This document shows, piece after piece, positions 1-8,035 of a stretch of DNA of 64,000 nt. The stretch comes from an uncultured Planctomycetia bacterium (GTDB taxonomy: Bacteria > Omnitrophota > Gorgyraeia > 2-02-FULL-51-18), in assembly GCA_964606485.1 (NCBI GenBank), contig CAZSGP010000001.1, forward strand, positions 289,085-353,084, given 5' to 3'. Under the pieces are notes generated by a model, which worked only from the letters and a program-made list of their open reading frames with translations, searched no databases and was not told the origin of the DNA. Numbering within the stretch: position 1 is the first letter of the stretch; every line of letters begins with the position of its first letter. A program made the translations under genes and the position numbers.

Positions 1-260
1 ACGCAGGTGGTCATCTAACGGAGCCAATAATTGAAGCGTTGGATGACTTACAATCCGGGAGAATTAAAAAATGGTATGACGCTTTTAATTCTCACGATGA
101 TGCAAGAATGGCCGCAGGCAAGCTCTGGCACTGCACGGACATATTGGGCAGTCATATAAGGTCAATCGTCCAGGATGAATTTCATCTTGAGAAAGAACCT
201 TTTACCTATGCCCAATTATCAAGGGTTTTGCTCAATGATATGAGAACTGCCAGTGCTTGA
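1..260 (+). CDS. Hypothetical protein, 3' part of an ORF that enters from upstream of the window
   Basis: The frame is open from position 3 with no in-frame stop before the TTG-initiated track ORF at 39..260. No recognisable motif. Confidence 0.3.
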   Translation, partial: AGGHLTEPIIEALDDLQSGRIKKWYDAFNSHDDARMAAGKLWHCTDILGSHIRSIVQDEFHLEKEPFTYAQLSRVLLNDMRTASA

Positions 261-600
261 TTGAGAAAAATCCCCTGCAGGAGAAATCTTGCAGGGGTCT
301 CAATTTACCGGACGATAAATCTTCCAACGCACCACTGAGCGGTATCTTCACATCGTAGGCGAAGACCTGAAGACCGCTGTCGGAAAGATTGATCTTAAAT
401 AGGCGTTTTGCTCGATTAAAAGAACGCGTGAACAGCCCATCAGTTTGGAGTAAAATACCTCTCATTCACATGAAGAGGCCACTATTTGATGACACGTGGG
501 AATTACCCAAAAAAGAGATTTATCAACTTTTACAAGCGCCCTGAATTTCCCGCCGCTGTATTTCGTAGTTCTATTTCCCTAAAAATTTATCCGCCAATGT

Positions 601-1674
601 ATGCTAGATAACACGGCCGTGAGAAAAATCATCATCGGTCAGCTCGCCACGCTTACAGGAGATAAGTTCCAAGATTTTTGTGATCGGTATTGCTTAAAGC
701 TTCACCCAGGTGATTATCAGCCTGTAAGAGCTGCCGGAAAAGCTGGGGACGAAAAGAACGATGGGTATTGTCCAAAAGCGCGTATTTTTTATGCCGCATT
801 TGGATCACGAGGCCAAACTCTCGCCAAGATCAAACGAAAAATAAAAAGTGATTTACTTGGTTGTCTGGAGAAGCAGGTGGAAGTTCGAGAGTGGCGTTTT
901 ATTACGAACGACGATAAGTTGCCAGGCTATATTGAAAAATACATTGATAAGGAGTTTCGGACTAATAAAAAATTTTGGAAGAAATACCCGAAACTTGAAA
1001 AAGTCGAGGCTATTGGAGGCGTGCTCATTACGCAAGTAATGATTGATAAATTCACTCAACCCGAAATCTTTGAAATGCTCGATCTGCCATTAACCGAAGG
1101 GGGGACTATCGGTCAGTGGTCGGAAACAAATGAACGAACGAAAAAGATTGAAAAAATAGTTGAAGCGCTTGAGGCAAACGCGATGGCGACGACCAAGCCA
1201 ACGACCGTTTCAACAAAACCAATTATCGACGCTGAAGAAGATGAGGCATCGCAGTCAAAATATAAATCCGAATTGGATGCTGCCAAGAAGTTGCTTGACG
1301 GGGAAGAGTTTAAAGCGTGCCGAAAAATCTATGAAAAGCTTCTCAAAGAATTTAATTCTGACCAGACGGTGGCTAAGCTCATTCGATTTAAGGTTCATAA
1401 TAACCTCGGCGCATGTCTCGCGGGTATGGGCGAAGGCGATGAAGCCGCGTTTCATTTCAAAAAGGCTTACGAACTAATCGGAAAGACATCCGTCATCGCT
1501 TGCAAAAATAGAGCCGTGGCAAGCTCGCTTGAAGGTAAGCCAGCCGAAGGCCTAAGTTTTATAAATGCTGCCATTGAGCTTAGTCCAGATGATAATGGGG
1601 CGATAAACATCAAGGCTATGCTCCTAAGGGAATCGGGGCAGATAGAAGAAGCCTTAAAACTTTATCAGGAATGA
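601..1674 (+). CDS. TPR-repeat protein with an unassigned ~170-aa N-terminal domain
   Basis: 357 aa. The C-terminal half has TPR-like helical repeats (e.g. KACRKIYEKLLKEF, AAFHFKKAYELIG, ALKLYQE). Its stop lies 4 nt before the next ORF, so the two likely form an operon. Confidence 0.6.
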   Translation: MLDNTAVRKIIIGQLATLTGDKFQDFCDRYCLKLHPGDYQPVRAAGKAGDEKNDGYCPKARIFYAAFGSRGQTLAKIKRKIKSDLLGCLEKQVEVREWRFITNDDKLPGYIEKYIDKEFRTNKKFWKKYPKLEKVEAIGGVLITQVMIDKFTQPEIFEMLDLPLTEGGTIGQWSETNERTKKIEKIVEALEANAMATTKPTTVSTKPIIDAEEDEASQSKYKSELDAAKKLLDGEEFKACRKIYEKLLKEFNSDQTVAKLIRFKVHNNLGACLAGMGEGDEAAFHFKKAYELIGKTSVIACKNRAVASSLEGKPAEGLSFINAAIELSPDDNGAINIKAMLLRESGQIEEALKLYQE

Positions 1675-1677
1675 CCT

Positions 1678-4527
1678 ATGAAAATTAATAAACGATTTGA
1701 AAACGATAGCCAGGCGCTACTGAACATTGCGACGACATTCGCGGATGCAGGAGACCACCCCAAGGCGGTGGAACACTTTGATAAGGCTGTTACCTTAACG
1801 CCCCAATCGCCAGAAATCAATTTTGCGTATGGCTCGTATCTTTTGGAGCATATTCTCCAAGATCGAAAAAGAAAGTTTTCTCTCTCAGTCCAGGGTATAG
1901 GCGAACTCAAAAAATCCGAGACGCTATTATCTGCTGCTATAGAGTTATTGAGGGAATCAGATAAGAAAAAAGAACTACGGGATGCTTTAGTGAACCGATC
2001 GACCGCTCGCATTATTTTGGACAGGTTCACCGAGGCCGAAGAAGATCTTAATTTTGCTATTGGGCTGAAAGATAATTCGCCTTTAATTTATGCAAACAGG
2101 GGTCGTCTATTTAGGATTCGCAATCGCATTGATGAAGCAATCCTTGATTTCAAGAAAGCGCTTACAGTGGGTGCAAAAAAAGATGACATCTTTCCAATGC
2201 TTGCGTCTTGTTATCTTGAGAGAGAAGACGTAAAAGTCGATGAGTTTATTGAACTTCTCAAAGAGCACTACAAGGATGAAGAGACGGTTTTTTCGGAAAC
2301 TCTTCATGCCGAAAGTCTCATCCTGAAAAAAGACCTTGATGCTGCAGAGCACTTGATTAAAAAAGCATATAAGCACTTTGGTCGCGCACCTCGAATTTTG
2401 GCAACCGAAGCCAGCTTGCAAAAGGCCAGGGGAAACACTAAAGCAGTGGAAGCTTTGCTTAAAGAGGCTGCAAAGGGGAACGGGCTCGATGAAAATATGG
2501 CGAAACTTGAGCTCGCCGTGTTTTATAAGCGTTCCAAAAAATACGATGACGCGATACCGCTTTTTGAGCAATTGGCAAGCGCCGAGCTCTTTGATCAAGT
2601 TCTTATGGACTATTTGACGTGCCTTTATAACTCTAAGCAAAATCGTCGAGAAAATATAAATAAGTGTTTGGAGATATGTAAGAACCTGAGGCAAAAGGGA
2701 CAGGAGAATGTCGGGCTCCTCGAGTTGGAAGCCAGCATTTATCAGTCTCTTGATCACCTGAAAGAAGCCTCCGAGCTTTTCTATGAGCTAACGAAGATTG
2801 AAACAAAGCAGTATCGGCATAAATTAAATTATGCGACCACTCTTATTGAAATGGGTGGCGAGAAGCTCAATGAAGGCAAAAAGCTTCTTTACGAAATTAA
2901 AGACGGGATAGTTGATAAGCAGTATTTGGTTTTACTCGGCAAGTTCTTCGCTCGAGTGGGTGACTATGAGGAAGCGATCAAGACCCTTTATAAGGCTCTC
3001 GAATTAGACTATCGCGATAGCGAAACCCAGCTTATTTATATGTATACGTTTTTGAATAGGGGTGAAAAGAAAACGCCGCTATTGGATTCGGATATCATCG
3101 TAGACGATTTTTATATTCGAATTAAAAGGAATGGAAGGGAAGAGACGTTTTTTATCTCCTCTGACCCAAAGGCGAATTATTCAAAGCACGAAATATATAA
3201 AGATTCAGGGCTCGGAAAACAGCTTTTTGGTAAGCAAAAAGGCGAAATTATAAAAATTAAGACAAATGACATTGAAGACATCTACGAGGTTCTTGAGATT
3301 AAGAGTAAATATGTTAGGGCGTTTCAAGAAATTCTCGACAACTTTAATAAAGACTTCCCTGATGATAAAACTCTTCAAATGGTTAAAGCCGATCCCGCCG
3401 AGATTGCAAATCGACTTCGTTTGATGTCCGAGCGCCAGGAGCAAATTGTCGAAATGTATAAGGCTAAGCAGCTACCTATTAACCTTCTTTCAAATCTTCT
3501 AAATAGGGATATTTTTGTTACTTGGGTGGGGTTAGTTACTCAAAAAGGCTTGAGGTTGTATTGTGCATCTGGAAGCGTAGAAGAGCAGCGAAATGAACAG
3601 GACTTGGTTGAGAATTCGGATACGGTCGTTATTGATCTTATATCGCTTTTGACCCTTTCTGTATTAGAGCTACTCGATTTGCCTCAGAAGGTTTTTAAGA
3701 ATGTCTATGTTCAAAGAGCCACGGTCGATGAAATAGAGGCCCAACTACTTGAAGCAAGGGGTAGGCAAAAAGAAGGGTTTATGACACTTTTCCACCTCGA
3801 GGGTAAGACATATCGGGACGAAGTGAAACCAGAGCAAGCGCAAAAACGACTTGAGTATTTGGAGAAGCTTCGAGCCGCGGTCCAGAAAATGACGATTATG
3901 GGGTTGGACAGTCCTCTCGAAGACTCTCTCACCGAAAAAGAGAAGGTATACGGCCGATCTTACATTCACTTAATCCAGCTTTGTTTGGATAGAAAGATTC
4001 CATTATTTAGTGACGACTTTTTGCTTCGTGGTTTATTGTTTAACGAATACAAAATAAGAGGCTTTAGTATTCAAAACTTCATGGTGATAGCTGGTAAGAA
4101 GGGTCTTTTAAGCGAGATGGAGTATTGCGATAAGATCATCGAGTTATCAAAGAGGAATTACCACTACTTGTCGGTTTCAGCGCAGATGCTATTTCATGCG
4201 GTTGAAAAAAATCACTTTCAGCCCCGAAACGCAGATTTTGATGCGCTTATTGAAACTCTCGCTGAAGACACAACAATTGAGTCGCTGATTACTGTATTGA
4301 GTGATTTTATTCGGTTAATTTATATCGATAAATTGCCGCCAGATGTGAAGGCGAGATATCTGGACGTAATTCTTAACAGGTTATCGGCTGGTGGAAATCC
4401 AGAGCACATCAAGCTATTCCTGAAAGCGCTCCAAAATAAATTGCAATTCGTTGAGTTTTTAATGCCTCAGATTCAGAAAGAAATCCAGAGATGGCTGAAA
4501 TCAAGGGGAGCCTTGATAAGAGTCTGA
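1678..4527 (+). CDS. Large TPR-repeat protein (949 aa) with a possible PIN-like C-terminal region
   Basis: About 450 aa of N-terminal TPR repeats (AVEHFDKAVTL, ILDFKKALTV and others). The C-terminus has the acidic signature TVVIDLISLL ... IPLFSDDFLLRG, which resembles PIN-domain motifs. No P-loop. Confidence 0.6.
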   Translation: MKINKRFENDSQALLNIATTFADAGDHPKAVEHFDKAVTLTPQSPEINFAYGSYLLEHILQDRKRKFSLSVQGIGELKKSETLLSAAIELLRESDKKKELRDALVNRSTARIILDRFTEAEEDLNFAIGLKDNSPLIYANRGRLFRIRNRIDEAILDFKKALTVGAKKDDIFPMLASCYLEREDVKVDEFIELLKEHYKDEETVFSETLHAESLILKKDLDAAEHLIKKAYKHFGRAPRILATEASLQKARGNTKAVEALLKEAAKGNGLDENMAKLELAVFYKRSKKYDDAIPLFEQLASAELFDQVLMDYLTCLYNSKQNRRENINKCLEICKNLRQKGQENVGLLELEASIYQSLDHLKEASELFYELTKIETKQYRHKLNYATTLIEMGGEKLNEGKKLLYEIKDGIVDKQYLVLLGKFFARVGDYEEAIKTLYKALELDYRDSETQLIYMYTFLNRGEKKTPLLDSDIIVDDFYIRIKRNGREETFFISSDPKANYSKHEIYKDSGLGKQLFGKQKGEIIKIKTNDIEDIYEVLEIKSKYVRAFQEILDNFNKDFPDDKTLQMVKADPAEIANRLRLMSERQEQIVEMYKAKQLPINLLSNLLNRDIFVTWVGLVTQKGLRLYCASGSVEEQRNEQDLVENSDTVVIDLISLLTLSVLELLDLPQKVFKNVYVQRATVDEIEAQLLEARGRQKEGFMTLFHLEGKTYRDEVKPEQAQKRLEYLEKLRAAVQKMTIMGLDSPLEDSLTEKEKVYGRSYIHLIQLCLDRKIPLFSDDFLLRGLLFNEYKIRGFSIQNFMVIAGKKGLLSEMEYCDKIIELSKRNYHYLSVSAQMLFHAVEKNHFQPRNADFDALIETLAEDTTIESLITVLSDFIRLIYIDKLPPDVKARYLDVILNRLSAGGNPEHIKLFLKALQNKLQFVEFLMPQIQKEIQRWLKSRGALIRV

Positions 4528-4534
4528 CAGCCTC

Positions 4535-4759
4535 TTACTTAATTCCCTTAAAAAAATCTGATAGATTGAGCTTAAAAGCTTCAGCCACTTTGGCGATAGT
4601 GTGAATTTTAGGGTAGAAGCGAGGCGTTTTGGCCTCAAGACGCTGGACGCTTTTATAGTCCAGACCCGCTTTTTCAGCCAACTCCTGCTGGGTGAGATCC
4701 TTTTTCGCTCGTAGTTCTCGGATACGGTAACAAATCTGCTTACGGAGGTCTTTTGCCAT
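4535..4759 (-). CDS. XRE-family (Cro/CI-type) HTH transcriptional regulator
   Basis: 74 aa with the HTH_3 signature LTQQELAEKAGLDYKSVQRLE. It is convergent with the upstream TPR operon and divergent from the rightward element genes. Confidence 0.85.
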   Translation of the reverse strand: MAKDLRKQICYRIRELRAKKDLTQQELAEKAGLDYKSVQRLEAKTPRFYPKIHTIAKVAEAFKLNLSDFFKGIK

Positions 4760-4776
4760 AGAATCAGTATCTCAGA

Positions 4777-4796
4777 CGGTGTCATAAAAGACACCG
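4777..4796. promoter_or_regulatory. Perfect 7-6-7 inverted repeat (CGGTGTC-ATAAAA-GACACCG), a candidate operator for the XRE regulator
   Basis: The palindrome lies 18-37 nt upstream of the XRE start codon on the minus strand. Confidence 0.35.
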
Positions 4797-4942
4797 CACG
4801 CGTGCCCTATTTATATGGTATACTTATAGAGGGTATAAAAACCCTCCTCGACAAGGGCTAACCTGTGGTAACGCAGGGGCGCAAAGCCACAAGTCCTAAT
4901 ACGGACAGTTGGGCTACCGAGAAAGACGAGTGAATAAGTGCG

Positions 4943-4974
4943 CCCATTTCTCATTATCGAGGGATGGGTTTTTT
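4943..4974 (+). terminator. Intrinsic terminator-like hairpin followed by a T6 run
   Basis: Arms CCCATTTCTC / GAGGGATGGG give a 10-bp stem with 2 G-U pairs and a 6-nt loop, then TTTTTT. No upstream plus-strand CDS exists, so it may terminate a small RNA or attenuate the leader of the 5021 gene. Confidence 0.45.
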
Positions 4975-5020
4975 ACTGGGTGATTGATACAACGAAGAAA
5001 GCCAAGCTGGAGGATAAATT

Positions 5021-6343
5021 ATGAAAAAAATCTCACTTAAATATAATTTGCTTCCTGTTCTATTATTGGTGCTCTTCGTATTTTTACAGGTTAGGTTAGC
5101 CGGGGCTGATGAGGTGCCTGCCAAAAACTATTTTGGAAAATATGTATCAGCCGACGGTAATGGCGGTGTCGTTGAAAGCCTGGAACGCGTCGACCTTGTA
5201 AATAAGGATATATCAAAACTCAACCCACAGCATATCTATGTCGATGACAGAGGTATGCCGCTTGCGTTTTTTAATGAAAAAGGTCAGACGATCTCAAAAG
5301 ACGATATGTTACAAGGAAGCCGTCAAAGGATGGAGCGGGAACAGCAGATGGGTGGCTCGGGAACCTTTTTTAAGGATGGGTATGTTCGGGACAGTGACTA
5401 TTATGGACGGCTTACAGGTTATAACCCAAACAACAATAATCCGGGCGATGACAGCGTCTATAAGGGGCGGAATACTGCCCAATCACCGAACGTGGTTCAA
5501 TCCCAAGGGAAGCTAGAAGTAAGTGGACCATCTAGCCCTTCTGTTGGAACTGGGCTTCTTCCAACCCCAAAAACACTTAGCGGTGAAACAGTCGGCTTAA
5601 GCGGCGGCACACCCATTGACCCTAGCAAGTTAAGCGCCGATAGTATACCCGATGGTTTTGTCTTGATGAACGGCGCTTTGGTAAAGGACCCCGTCATTCG
5701 AGAAAAAGCCGTAATGCCCAAAGAACAGTGGCCTGCCGACCGTATGGAGAAATCATGGCAAAGCAACGCAGAGGGTCTTTTGAAAGTCAGAGAACAGGCC
5801 AAGGTAGACGGTCGTGAGCTTACAACAGACGAGCTTCGTCTGGCCGCTTGCCGCCTTGATATTCAAAACAGGGTGTATGTGAATCCCAACATCAAGCTAA
5901 CGCCTGAAGAAATCGAAAAAGAAGCCACAAAACAAGTCCAAGAATGGAAGCGAGACAATCTCTACATGCTGTCTGATGGCAAGATCGCCGGTTTTGGACC
6001 GGGTGGGGTCGAGGGATGGGTTCAGGAGCAAAGAGAAAACCGAGAAAAGTTTATTCGAGAAACCAGAGCTTCAGTGGAAAAAATGGCCAAAGGCGTTACG
6101 CCGGGATTGACGCCAGAGGGAAAAGAACGTGAAGATAAAGTAAGGGCCGAGACGCTTAAAAACCAAGCTGATTTTGAAAAAAGTATGCGGGAAGATTCCG
6201 AGAAGAAAATTGTACAGTTATTGAAGGATACTGGCGTAGCAGACCCCGGGCGGTCCAATTCAACGGTATCAAAGCCAGCGCTCGTGGCCTACGCATTGCC
6301 AAAGATGCTGGTGTCATACGAGAAAGCGAGCGATAAGAAATGA
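5021..6343 (+). CDS. Secreted hypothetical protein (cargo gene)
   Basis: N-terminal signal peptide MKKISLKYNLLPVLLLVLFVFLQVRLAGA. GGAGG ribosome-binding site upstream. Low-complexity Pro/Gly/Ser central region. No identifiable domain. Confidence 0.6.
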   Translation: MKKISLKYNLLPVLLLVLFVFLQVRLAGADEVPAKNYFGKYVSADGNGGVVESLERVDLVNKDISKLNPQHIYVDDRGMPLAFFNEKGQTISKDDMLQGSRQRMEREQQMGGSGTFFKDGYVRDSDYYGRLTGYNPNNNNPGDDSVYKGRNTAQSPNVVQSQGKLEVSGPSSPSVGTGLLPTPKTLSGETVGLSGGTPIDPSKLSADSIPDGFVLMNGALVKDPVIREKAVMPKEQWPADRMEKSWQSNAEGLLKVREQAKVDGRELTTDELRLAACRLDIQNRVYVNPNIKLTPEEIEKEATKQVQEWKRDNLYMLSDGKIAGFGPGGVEGWVQEQRENREKFIRETRASVEKMAKGVTPGLTPEGKEREDKVRAETLKNQADFEKSMREDSEKKIVQLLKDTGVADPGRSNSTVSKPALVAYALPKMLVSYEKASDKK

Positions 6344-6669
6344 ATACAAACATTCAAAGCCAAAAAGCCGATAAGCCAACGACGATCCACCTGACACAAA
6401 TAAAGCCAGGGATCACCAAAGAAGAACGTGGCAGGTTGGCGAAGAAGCTGGCCAATGTGCTATGGGCAGATTCTGCCAATCGCTTTCCCACCAACCAATA
6501 ATCTTAATAGATGTAAGTCGCGATTTACTTGAAGCCAAAATGATTATGGTTATTTTCTTTATCCGAGTAAAATAAGGCAAAATAGAAAACCTAATAAAAT
6601 GTTGCGTTTAAAGAATAGCGCGTTGTATTTTTTGATTGTATTGATGATCATGATGAGAGGTGATGAAGC

Positions 6670-7572
6670 GTGGCGAAGGATCAGGATGAAATACGCCAAC
6701 ATGAGGTTTTAATTGCCCTTGATAAATGGGAGTTTATAAGGATAGGCTCTCGATATCGTGGTGATTACAAAAATATTTGGCTGCCTTTTCTGAACAAGAT
6801 TAAAAATTTCCGCTTAAAGAAAGTTGATGGGCGGATAGTCAAAATTAAGCCAATAGACGACAGAGAATTTCAAAAGGTTAGCTCTCATTTTTGGAACCAA
6901 TATGGAATTGTGGAACCGGTTTGGCCTGGAATTTGTGCTTTTAATAGGAAAGGGGAGATTAACGAACAAAATATAAAAGTAATATGTAACGCTTTTGCGG
7001 ACATACCGGTCATTAGGCATGAGGATTATCTGGGTTTCGGCGGTGAGGTGCTATTCAAAAAAAACCATAGAAAAGTGACAAAAAATAAAGAATCATTCTT
7101 CATTGGGCGTGTCACCGCGCAGGACATGAGAGAACTAAAAACGTTAAAGGTTTCAGTTGATAAGACAATGAGCAAAGAACGCATTGATTACCATAACAGA
7201 AGACTCATTAGCCAGTGGAAGATCTTAATAAATCGACAGAATGAATTAAAGAGAGACGAAAAAGCGGGAGTGAGAACTATTCTTAAAAAACATCAAGACA
7301 AGATGCGGATATTCCTGCGCAGGCACAAAACGGAAATCAGGTATCGATTTAGAGATCACGCTGAGTACAGACGGGCATATCGTATCGTTGAACGGATCAA
7401 GCGAATGAAGAAGTATAGAGGGACTGAATCAGCTGTAACCATCGCAACCCTATACTTAAACCCAGGAGTTTCAGTCTCATCAAGAACATGGATCAATTGT
7501 TTTGATGATACTTGTAGAAAGTACAGAATGGGCTGTCGGTATATTGGCGGAGACTATATGAGTATAAAATGA
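6670..7572 (+). CDS. Hypothetical highly basic protein
   Basis: 300 aa, rich in Arg/Lys (RYRFRDHAEYRRAYRIVERIKRMKKYR). GTG start with an AGAGG ribosome-binding site. Followed by a strong terminator. Confidence 0.5.
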   Translation: MAKDQDEIRQHEVLIALDKWEFIRIGSRYRGDYKNIWLPFLNKIKNFRLKKVDGRIVKIKPIDDREFQKVSSHFWNQYGIVEPVWPGICAFNRKGEINEQNIKVICNAFADIPVIRHEDYLGFGGEVLFKKNHRKVTKNKESFFIGRVTAQDMRELKTLKVSVDKTMSKERIDYHNRRLISQWKILINRQNELKRDEKAGVRTILKKHQDKMRIFLRRHKTEIRYRFRDHAEYRRAYRIVERIKRMKKYRGTESAVTIATLYLNPGVSVSSRTWINCFDDTCRKYRMGCRYIGGDYMSIK

Positions 7573-7628
7573 TTACTTTATTTCCAACCGTCACAAATTG
7601 ATTAAAATATAGAACGTACTAAGATCGG

Positions 7629-7664
7629 ACCTGTAGGAAGAAAAATTCATCCTACAGGTTTTTT
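7629..7664 (+). terminator. Rho-independent terminator
   Basis: ACCTGTAGGA ... TCCTACAGGT forms a 10-bp stem with an 11-nt loop and is followed by TTTTTT. Confidence 0.6.
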
Positions 7665-7698
7665 GTGTTTCAAGGCCAAACTAAGAATCGAGAATTTG

Positions 7699-7992
7699 AT
7701 GACCGATGAAATAATGATGTCAATCGCATCCCTCATATCAGAAGTTTCCGTCACGCCGGTTCGTCCAAAAAATACCCTCGTAGCTTTTTGTTCGTTCGTC
7801 TATCGCAAGGAATTTTATTTAGGCGATATCGCGCTTCATATTGATTTGTCCGGCGATGGTTATCGACTCGCGTATCCCGAAAAAACCCTATTTAATGGCA
7901 CACGCTGCCAAATTATTTTCCCTCTCTCATCAAATATTGGCGACGCTATCAAAAATGTCATCGTGACCAAATACGAGGGAATGATCCGATGA
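7699..7992 (+). CDS. Small hypothetical protein
   Basis: The track ORF at 7663 starts inside the terminator T-run, so the internal ATG at 7699 is a more plausible start. No motif. Confidence 0.25.
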   Translation: MTDEIMMSIASLISEVSVTPVRPKNTLVAFCSFVYRKEFYLGDIALHIDLSGDGYRLAYPEKTLFNGTRCQIIFPLSSNIGDAIKNVIVTKYEGMIR

Positions 7993-8035
7993 ATAAAAAA
8001 GTGACACATAATTTTCGCACTGTCTTTTTGTCTTA

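Noticed and set aside
601-1100. Restriction-endonuclease-like (Mrr-type) assignment for the N-domain of the 357-aa TPR protein
   Set aside because: Only a loose helix/Gly-Tyr pattern match. No clear D...(E/Q)xK triad could be placed, so I left it unassigned.
2107-2757. 216-aa minus-strand ORF
   Set aside because: It lies antisense inside the well-supported 949-aa TPR gene. Cys/Phe/Leu-rich antisense artefact.
4795-5020. Possible tRNA or attB-type RNA gene near the repressor
   Set aside because: No cloverleaf with a plausible anticodon arm could be folded by eye. The region is interpreted instead as operator, leader and terminator.
7663-7698. TTG start of the 109-aa track ORF
   Set aside because: It lies inside the T-run of the terminator at 7629-7664. 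An internal ATG at 7699 is more plausible, and even that ORF is weakly supported.
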